Assembly (NCBI GenBank): GCA_000025185.1
Contig: CP001848.1
Coordinates: 3,510,001-3,542,000, forward strand
From: Pirellula staleyi DSM 6068
Lineage (GTDB): Bacteria; Planctomycetota; Planctomycetia; Pirellulales; Pirellulaceae
DNA length: 32,000 nucleotides
Reading direction: 5' to 3'
How positions within the stretch are numbered: the stretch's first letter is position 1; each line of letters begins with the position of its first letter. The translations under genes were made by a program, and so were the position numbers. This document shows, in pieces, positions 1 to 6,879 of the stretch. The notes under the pieces are model-generated. The model saw only the letters and a list, made by a program, of their open reading frames with translations, was not told the DNA's origin and did not search any database.

Positions 1-1131
1 GCGAATCTGCGCCATACCACGACGCACACGTGCGAGGCTGCTGTTAGGGTCGCTCGGATACTTTTTCAGAAACTCATCGAACACCGCGATCGCCGTGGAG
101 TACGATCCGCTCCGATAATCCTCTTCCCCTTTTTGAAACAGCTCTGATGCCGAGCCACGCGTAAGCGAGTAGACCAGTAGGCCTGCAGCCAGCAGCAGCA
201 CGCCGAGAGCGCCGCCACCAATGAGCAGCAGCGGAGAATCCCACTGGTTCTTCTTTTTCGGTGGAACAACAACACCGGCTGCTGCAGCGGGTTGACCAAG
301 CGGACCAGCGAGAGGACCTGCCAAAGGGCCACCCATGAGTGGATCGCTCCCCAGTGGAGCAGGTCCTGCAATGGGATCGACCGCAAACAGATCGTCGATC
401 GGGGCCGGACCGCTGGGGACGGACAGCGGCGTCAATTCCGTCAGAACTTCCAGATTATCTTCAACCGGAGGCGCGATGGAGGGGGGAGAAATCGGGGCAG
501 GCTTGCTCTCGCGCTTAGGTGGTGTCGAGCCAGGTTTCTCGAGCGTCTTGAAGCCACGCGGCGCAGGTTGAGGCTTAGGTTTGGGTTCGCTTTTCGGAGG
601 CGAAGGAGCAGCTTCTGCTTTGGGCTTCTCGGGCTTCGGCTCCACTGGCTTTGAGGACGATTTTGGATTCTCGTCGAAGTCGAGAGGGGCCATGTCGATC
701 GAGTCGTGAGCCGATGGCGCAGGGGCCACAGGAACCGGCGCTGCTGCAGGAGCCTGGGGAGCCGCTGGAACTGCGGGCTCGAGGTCCACTAGCTCATCGA
801 GCGGATCGACTTTCGCCGCAGCAGGTGCCGCAGGCTCGAGGTCGACAATGTCCTCTTCTTCCTCAATCGGGAGCATCTCTTTCGCAGGAGCTTTGGTCGG
901 TGCAACTGCTTGACGCGTTGTGGTGGGAGCATCGGTCGCTTCACTCGCCGACGCGACTAATTTACGCGCTTGAAAATTCGTCAGGTGCTCGTGATCGACC
1001 AGAACTTTGGCCAGCGCTTCGGGAGTGACAATAAACTTCGATTCGCGCAGCTGACGACGCAGTTCGGAGATCACCTTCTCTTCCAGCAGACCTTGTTGCT
1101 CCGCCAGGTCGAGCATCTTCGAAGCCGACAT
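1..1131 (-). CDS. Membrane-anchored TPR-like protein, C-terminus cut by the window edge. It has an N-terminal cytoplasmic helical domain, a Pro/Lys/Glu-rich linker, one TM helix, then a TPR-like region.
   Basis: Absent from the supplied ORF track because it has no stop codon inside the window. I translated it by hand from the ATG (complement of cat at 1129-1131). There is no in-frame tta/cta/tca on the plus strand down to position 1, giving 377 codons. It begins MSASKMLDLAEQQGLLEEKVISELRRQL. The linker reads KPVEPKPEKPKAEAAPSPPKSEPKPKPQPAP. The TM segment is PPKKKNQWDSPLLLIGGGALGVLLLAAGLLVYSL. The TPR-like part reads FQKGEEDYRSGSYSTAIAVFDEFLKKYPSDPNS. It is on the same strand as the ExbD genes and 93 nt downstream of them. 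Confidence 0.75.
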   Translation of the reverse strand, partial: MSASKMLDLAEQQGLLEEKVISELRRQLRESKFIVTPEALAKVLVDHEHLTNFQARKLVASASEATDAPTTTRQAVAPTKAPAKEMLPIEEEEDIVDLEPAAPAAAKVDPLDELVDLEPAVPAAPQAPAAAPVPVAPAPSAHDSIDMAPLDFDENPKSSSKPVEPKPEKPKAEAAPSPPKSEPKPKPQPAPRGFKTLEKPGSTPPKRESKPAPISPPSIAPPVEDNLEVLTELTPLSVPSGPAPIDDLFAVDPIAGPAPLGSDPLMGGPLAGPLAGPLGQPAAAAGVVVPPKKKNQWDSPLLLIGGGALGVLLLAAGLLVYSLTRGSASELFQKGEEDYRSGSYSTAIAVFDEFLKKYPSDPNSSLARVRRGMAQIR

Positions 1132-1224
1132 GAATCACCACCACTACGAGAGATCAAGGTTCAGTTTCAAGGATTTGTCCCACACTTGCAGCCCACACCC
1201 AAGCGCGTTGCAAGCTTCACACAC

Positions 1225-2232
1225 CTACGGCGCTTCGTCATCCTCCACGCTCAGCAGTTGCACTTCTTCCATCCCGACATCGTTCCCCGCATCGATTGCC
1301 ATCACCACGCGTTCGTGCAGCGCTTCACCACTGGCGATGACCAGCATTTTCGTGGGGACCGAGCTTCCACCATCTTCACGAGCCTGACGCAATTTTACCA
1401 GCAATTCCTGCTCGCTAGGGGCTTCTCGTTCGTCGTCCCAGTGGGCGGCAGAAACATAAAACGTGTTCAGCGAATCGACTCGTACCACCACATAGTCGGG
1501 GTTCTCTTCATAGTCCTCGACCGATTTCGCTTGCGTACTCGGTTGATCGCTTTCAGGCTTCGGAATGCTGAGCGATTTCTGCATCGTGAACGAAGCGGTC
1601 ACCATGAAAAAAATCAGCAGCAGGAAGGTGACGTCGACCATCGGCGTCATGTCCATGTCAGCCTCTTGCGGCTGACGCGTCTTACGTTTCATCGAGGGTC
1701 GCGGGGGCTCGTCTTCTTCGTCCACAGCAGCAGGTGGTCGCGGGGGGGAACCTTTCCAGCGAGATTCGCCACTTATCGCAAACGGAGGGGGAGCTGTTTC
1801 CTCATCAACCACCGCCAGTGTCGCGAGTCGTTCGTCGCTAAATGGTTCCACCGATGCATCGGAGGCGTAATTCGGCTCCATCACCACGGTCATTTGCAAG
1901 TCGGAATCGGGAACTTGCACGATGTCGAGTGCAGCCTCATCGCCGGCAACAGCCGCTGCTGATTCGTCTGCAGCGACATCGATAAACAGGTCGCTTGGGT
2001 TCTCAGTGGCAGCATTGGCGGGGGCGAAATCTGGCGGCGCTACCTCGGTCGAAGGCTCGGTTTCGAGGACGGGGAGTTCCTCTTCCGCTTCCGGAGCTTG
2101 CGGTAGCGGGGGCATGACGGTCGATAACTCTTGGCAACGAGGGCACCGCACCCGTTTCCCCACAAGATGTGGGGAGGTGAGTTGTTCATGACCGCAGGTC
2201 ACGCATCGAAATGGGATGGGAGTCGCTGTCAT
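1225..2232 (-). CDS. ExbD/TolR-family biopolymer transport protein with an N-terminal zinc-ribbon and an acidic linker (335 aa)
   Basis: ATG start. The N-terminus FRCVTCGHEQLTSPHLVGKRVRCPRCQE is a CxxC-x16-CxxC motif. A long Glu/Asp/Pro/Ala-rich linker follows. The ExbD signature then reads EADMDMTPMVDVTFLLLIFFMVTASF, followed by a periplasmic domain. The start overlaps the upstream ExbD stop by 4 nt (ATGA at 2229-2232). Confidence 0.85.
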   Translation of the reverse strand: MTATPIPFRCVTCGHEQLTSPHLVGKRVRCPRCQELSTVMPPLPQAPEAEEELPVLETEPSTEVAPPDFAPANAATENPSDLFIDVAADESAAAVAGDEAALDIVQVPDSDLQMTVVMEPNYASDASVEPFSDERLATLAVVDEETAPPPFAISGESRWKGSPPRPPAAVDEEDEPPRPSMKRKTRQPQEADMDMTPMVDVTFLLLIFFMVTASFTMQKSLSIPKPESDQPSTQAKSVEDYEENPDYVVVRVDSLNTFYVSAAHWDDEREAPSEQELLVKLRQAREDGGSSVPTKMLVIASGEALHERVVMAIDAGNDVGMEEVQLLSVEDDEAP

Positions 2233-2705
2233 TGCGATTCGAGTACTGCCACATAGAGCTGAGGAACTTCGGCCTGGCCAGCAGCCCGCGCGACACGCGT
2301 TACATCGCGGTGCTTGAGCCCTTTCTCGGCCTTAATCAGCACATTCACTTTCAGGGGATCGAGCGCCACTTGTTCTTCGACATACGCCTGAATCGCGGCC
2401 TCTTGCCCCGCGATCGTGCTGCCGTCGATCAAGTTCGCTGGAGTCGTTCCGTCTCCTTTGTAGACGTTGGCGATTTCACCTGGCCCCTTGGTAACTGTCA
2501 GGATCACCGACTCTTTGACAATCGCGACACTTCCGTGCCGGGCGGGGGGAAGATCGATTGCTTCACCCGCCTGCATTTTCGACGACACCAGAAAAAAGAT
2601 CAAAAGCAAGAAGGTGCAGTCGATCATGGGGGTGATGTCCATTTCGGCTTCTTCCACTTTTCGACGCGGACGATTCAGCCGCGTTGATTCACGAAGATTG
2701 GCCAT
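2229..2705 (-). CDS. exbD: Biopolymer transport protein ExbD/TolR (158 aa from the ATG at 2705)
   Basis: Signature EMDITPMIDCTFLLLIFFLVSS, followed by a typical ExbD periplasmic domain (VLIKAEKGLKHRDVTRV). The ORF-track start at 2735 is a TTG. The ATG at 2705 (MANLRESTRLNRPRRK) has a GGGAG about 9 nt upstream and gives a typical ExbD N-terminus. Confidence 0.9.
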   Translation of the reverse strand: MANLRESTRLNRPRRKVEEAEMDITPMIDCTFLLLIFFLVSSKMQAGEAIDLPPARHGSVAIVKESVILTVTKGPGEIANVYKGDGTTPANLIDGSTIAGQEAAIQAYVEEQVALDPLKVNVLIKAEKGLKHRDVTRVARAAGQAEVPQLYVAVLESQ

Positions 2706-2798
2706 CGACAAACACTCCCTAGGGCGGGCAAACAAGTGCGAGAAACCAGCATGCTTCAGGGACTGACCATGAAGCTATCGAGCTTGAAAACGGTGAGA

Positions 2799-3446
2799 TT
2801 ATTTGCGAACGGGGGTGACGGCTGAGGCAAATCGATCGAGAAAATCATTCAGCCCGGCGAAGACCATATCTTCCATCTTGCGAATCCGAACGTTGATGCT
2901 GGCGACACAAATAGTCGCCGGAATGGCGATTGCCAGTCCGATAGCAGTGGTGATGAGCGCGAAGCTGATGTCGGACGCAAGTTGGTCGGGCTTCACGTTC
3001 GCCTCCGACGCCAGTTTGCCGAACGCTGCCATCATGCCGAGCACCGTTCCGAGGAGTCCCAGCATCGGCGCGGTTTTGATCACGTTGTTAATCCAGCTGA
3101 TGCGATGGTCGAGGTCACCGAGCACGTCGCGCTGGAATCGATCGACCACCAGTTCCTGAACTTTCGCCAGCCCTAGGTTGCGGCGCGAAATAGCAAGCAA
3201 GGCGAGCTGTGGCAGGGCTCGTCGATCGCCGTCACAAAGCGCAGCTGCTGATTCAAAGTCTTTCTTCTCGAGGGGGGCCTCGAGTGAAGCCAAGAACTCT
3301 TCCTGCTTCTTTTCCGATTTGAAACGGTTCTGACCGATCCGCATATACACCACCACAATGCAGTACGCACCCCAAAGTGCATCGATGGCCAAGGCCCCGT
3401 AAACGGTGTTACTAATGAAATCCCAGAAGAATGGATCGATATTCAT
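2799..3446 (-). CDS. exbB: MotA/TolQ/ExbB proton-channel family protein (215 aa)
   Basis: ATG start. Family motif APMLGLLGTVLGMMAAFGKLA ... SFALITTAIGLAIAIPATI. The topology looks like three TM helices. It lies directly upstream of two ExbD genes. Confidence 0.9.
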   Translation of the reverse strand: MNIDPFFWDFISNTVYGALAIDALWGAYCIVVVYMRIGQNRFKSEKKQEEFLASLEAPLEKKDFESAAALCDGDRRALPQLALLAISRRNLGLAKVQELVVDRFQRDVLGDLDHRISWINNVIKTAPMLGLLGTVLGMMAAFGKLASEANVKPDQLASDISFALITTAIGLAIAIPATICVASINVRIRKMEDMVFAGLNDFLDRFASAVTPVRK

Positions 3447-3622
3447 GCCAGGTGGTTTGCTTTGTAAAAGGTCCGACGAGTATTTCGGCGGAGCAGGTTA
3501 CGATGTGAGTTCGTCAAGGAGTTGGATCAGTTGTCGAGCGAGCAGAGGGAGCTAACAACAGGCTCGAGTGAGCCCCTTCGTCAGCTAAAAGAGCCAGGCA
3601 TGCGTGGACGAAAACGGTTCGA

Positions 3623-4546
3623 CTAGCCCCCACGCAGTTGCTGTTCGATTACAAAAAATTCGTACTTACCTGCAGAGCCTCGCACGCCAAACACCGTCTT
3701 TAGTACATCCTTGATCCGGCGGCCGTTGAGCTGCTGATTCTCGAGGACGAGCAGTTTTTGATAAGTCGCTTGGCTATAAAACTGAAATACAATTTTGCCA
3801 CTAGGGTCGGCACCGGCCCGGCGGGCCAGCTCGCGATCAGCGTCGCGAAGCTGGCTGCTGCGATGCAAAAACCGAAGTCGTTTTTCATCTTTTGGATCAC
3901 CGACCCGCCGCAGTGGCTTCGCGGTCGAGAGCTTCGAAACGTACTCAACATTCGGACTCCCACCACCGGCGACTCCTAGCTCGACTTCAAAGTAATCGAG
4001 TTGCTGGGCGTAAGTGGCTAGACTCGACGCATTGAGACGCACTTCCCAGCGTTCCCAGGCGGGGATGCCGTCGGAAGTTCCGGGACCACCGGGACCGATT
4101 CCACGGCCATCTCCTGTGCCGCTCCCTTCGCCGCGACCTTGCGACGTGGTGCTGTCGAGCGAATCGAGCTGCATCTCTTCCGACGCAACGATGGTCGAAA
4201 TCGACTCGAGCGACTCCGTGAGAGGAGGCTCGACGTTCTGCTGAAATTCTTCGGGTGCTGGCTCGTCGAGGGGCTGTTCGCCTCCCGTGAAGTTGTCGCC
4301 ACTACCACCACCACCAACATCTTCCACCAGTGTCACTTCGAGCGCTGGTGGGTTGAACATCAGGCGACTCGAAAGCCACACGATAAACAGCAGCAGCGTG
4401 GCGGTTCCGAGCAGCACAAGTACGGCAACGAGCATCCCAGCCACCTGGTCGAAGCTCGAGACCTGCAGCTGCGGTTGCGGCGCGCTGGCGCGGTCCGGTC
4501 GATGACCGGAAGGTGCAGAAGAAGTTGACGCCTCGGGACTACTCAT
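3623..4546 (-). CDS. Hypothetical single-pass membrane protein: N-terminal TM anchor, acidic/Gly-rich linker, and a C-terminal globular domain of about 150 aa
   Basis: The ORF is open to 4621, but that start is a TTG. The ATG at 4546 gives MSSPEASTSS... with the TM helix VAGMLVAVLVLLGTATLLLFIVWL. The linker includes GGGGSGDNFTGGEQPLDEPAPEE and GRGEGSGTGDGRGIGPGGPG. I recognise no family motif. The gene sits in the position usually held by TonB, just upstream of exbB. Confidence 0.65.
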   Translation of the reverse strand: MSSPEASTSSAPSGHRPDRASAPQPQLQVSSFDQVAGMLVAVLVLLGTATLLLFIVWLSSRLMFNPPALEVTLVEDVGGGGSGDNFTGGEQPLDEPAPEEFQQNVEPPLTESLESISTIVASEEMQLDSLDSTTSQGRGEGSGTGDGRGIGPGGPGTSDGIPAWERWEVRLNASSLATYAQQLDYFEVELGVAGGGSPNVEYVSKLSTAKPLRRVGDPKDEKRLRFLHRSSQLRDADRELARRAGADPSGKIVFQFYSQATYQKLLVLENQQLNGRRIKDVLKTVFGVRGSAGKYEFFVIEQQLRGG

Positions 4547-4676
4547 TACAACGTGTTTGAAAGAGTGGGGTTCGAAAAGAGTGCCTGTAACTTTAGTCAA
4601 GGAGCTAGTTGCCGGAGCCAAGCTCGATGGCCAGACGCTGTCATCCGTCTATGCTTGTTGCGAACTACGCTGCTTG

Positions 4677-6455
4677 CTAATCGAGAAGTTCAGCATCGGG
4701 GCGTACCGACAAATACCAGGCTTTCCAAGCCGCGATAGCCGCGTCGATTTCACCTCGCGACGGCGTTTCGCTGAGTCCCACTCCTTGAAACTTTCGGCTG
4801 AGTATCCGCAGTGCTTGATCAGCCTCTTTCACAATACGAATGTCGGGATCGGTGAGTGCGTAGAGCAAAACAGGCACGCTGCTGTAGTCGCGTGCTTGCC
4901 CCAGTGCTTTCACCGCGATGATGCGCGACTGATACGAGCCAGCTCGCACCAGTTCTTTGAGCTTCGTGATCTGACTCGATCGCTTGGTGATATCGCTTTC
5001 GAGTGTAAGCGAAGTCGGCAGATCGCTGATGCTACTTAATATAGGATTCTCGGGATCTTCGATGATTCGCAACAACTCGTCGACGCTGCCCGTGAGTGGG
5101 GTGGTCTCGAGTTTGCCATCTTTCTCGCGCAGATCGCTCGTCGCAGGGGGGAGACCCATACCACCGAGCAGCGTCCCTTCGCCTAGGTCGCCAACCACTT
5201 TCGAAATCGATTTGCTGGCCGAACGAGTGAGAAACAGCACCGACAAACAGGTGGCGACGATCGCATTGTCTTCACCATGCCAGCTGCCATCTTTTTGCTG
5301 GGTCTTACGCAGATGTTCAAAGCCATCGTCGTACCAGCGTGCCGTTTTCGAGCGAGTTCCCTCGGTCAACTCGCGGAAACTTTGATAACGCTCGAGGCCG
5401 TAGAGATAGTAGTGATTCCACCGCGGTGAATTCACCGTGTAGTTCTGCTGAAACCAGCGATTCCCGTCGGCCATGCCGCGACGAACCCACTCGGCTTGAA
5501 TCACTTTCGAAATACCATCGCCACGCTTGCGAGTATTGGGTGGCTCGATCACCTTCAGCTTCGAGGAAACACCGGTCTCTTCTTTGTTGTTTTGTGGGTC
5601 GGTGATCTTCAGCATGTCGGCTGTGATGTAGAGCGAGCCAAGTCCGGCTGCGGTGAGCGAGGGACTTGTTTCCGCTCCATGCTGACGACGCTGCATCGTC
5701 CCATCGTCGGAGACGTGGTAGACAAAACTTCCGCGCACATCTTGTGTGCGAATGAGCCAGCCACAAGCACGTTCGATCACCTCGACTGGAATTTCGAACC
5801 CGCTGTTTTTGGCCATCCACAAACTCAAAATGGCGTACTGCGTTTGTGAGGTATCACCAGCCGGGTTGTGGAGGTAGGTCCAGGCCCCTTCTTTCATCTG
5901 ACGAGAATAGAGTGCCTTGAGAAGTGTTTCGATTTTGTCGCGATACTGCTCGGGATCGAGCTCACACATCAGGATGATCGCCAGCCCAATTGTGTAGATT
6001 TCCGAACTACTGGTGATCTGTGCGTTGCTTAATAAGAGGTCGATGGCAACCAGTCCATCTTTGACTTTGGGATGCGTTTTTTCGCGCCCCGCTTTAAGGA
6101 GCGTTAGCCCCATCAGAATACGACCGCCGTAGCGAGCTTCGGTCTGCTGTTCGAGATAGCCGACCGCGCGGTCGATGACCTCGACAACTTCTTTGCTCTC
6201 GGGAGTGACGGCATGCGCTGCTGGAGGTGTCGCAAAACAGCACGCGAGGATCGCCACGATCGAACACGCCGAGAGCCATCGCCCCCGATAGGACAAACGA
6301 CTTGAGGGGCGGCAGGGGTGAACCGACCAGGAATCTGGTTGGTGGAGGTTGCTGATCACGGCAAATCGTTTCCTTGAAGCACGGGGCAGGAGTCGATACC
6401 GCAGGCCTGCAGCGCTCGGTGTACCAGAAGGGGTAACCGCCACGCTCGAGCCCAA
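4677..6455 (-). CDS. Secreted prenyltransferase/squalene-oxidase-repeat (terpenoid-cyclase-like alpha/alpha toroid) protein with C-terminal HEAT repeats
   Basis: QW-type motifs are present: SRQMKEGAWTY, RTQDVRGSFVY and KTQQKDGSWHG. The C-terminal HEAT/PBS-lyase-like repeat reads IIAVKALGQARDYSSVPVLLYALTDPDIRIVKEADQALRIL. The signal peptide is RWLSACSIVAILACCFATPPAAHA. The start is uncertain: 6455 is a TTG, and an in-frame TTG at 6296 would give MSYRGRWLSAC... right at the signal peptide. Confidence 0.75.
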   Translation of the reverse strand: MGSSVAVTPSGTPSAAGLRYRLLPRASRKRFAVISNLHQPDSWSVHPCRPSSRLSYRGRWLSACSIVAILACCFATPPAAHAVTPESKEVVEVIDRAVGYLEQQTEARYGGRILMGLTLLKAGREKTHPKVKDGLVAIDLLLSNAQITSSSEIYTIGLAIILMCELDPEQYRDKIETLLKALYSRQMKEGAWTYLHNPAGDTSQTQYAILSLWMAKNSGFEIPVEVIERACGWLIRTQDVRGSFVYHVSDDGTMQRRQHGAETSPSLTAAGLGSLYITADMLKITDPQNNKEETGVSSKLKVIEPPNTRKRGDGISKVIQAEWVRRGMADGNRWFQQNYTVNSPRWNHYYLYGLERYQSFRELTEGTRSKTARWYDDGFEHLRKTQQKDGSWHGEDNAIVATCLSVLFLTRSASKSISKVVGDLGEGTLLGGMGLPPATSDLREKDGKLETTPLTGSVDELLRIIEDPENPILSSISDLPTSLTLESDITKRSSQITKLKELVRAGSYQSRIIAVKALGQARDYSSVPVLLYALTDPDIRIVKEADQALRILSRKFQGVGLSETPSRGEIDAAIAAWKAWYLSVRPDAELLD

Positions 6456-6879
6456 AGGCTAGCACGGGTTCCGATCGATAGGAGAAGAGACTCGGTAGGC
6501 TACTGCCCGTGACACGCGATGTCAAGCATTTGCTCTGGCGCAAGTGATTATGCCGAAAGTAGTTGCCCTACATGAGCGAGGCTTTGGGCAGGGCTGCTAG
6601 TGGACCCGTTCACCCGTTCGCAGGTCGTCAGCCGACGCGCGATTCACCGAAGGGAGGGGTGGCGATGGTCGTCGTGGGAGAATTTCGCCACATTTAAGAA
6701 AAGTTGCTTGTCGGTCGAGCGCGAGCGTCGTCATATTAAGTAGTCACACTTGCGGGTGAACCATTGGGGCCCCTCGAGGTACTTAATGACGCGGAGGGGC
6801 GTGAGGCGAGATTCGACTCGGCCCTCTGCATGGAACCTGTTGGTGGTAGCCGAGTTACTGGCGACTGCTGGAGACGATC

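Noticed and set aside
6704-6739. A sigma-70-like promoter: TTGCTT (6704-6709) with CATATT/TATTAA (6732-6739).
   Set aside because: The spacer is 22-24 nt, well outside the 16-18 nt window. Planctomycete promoter consensus is also not well defined, so I do not call it.
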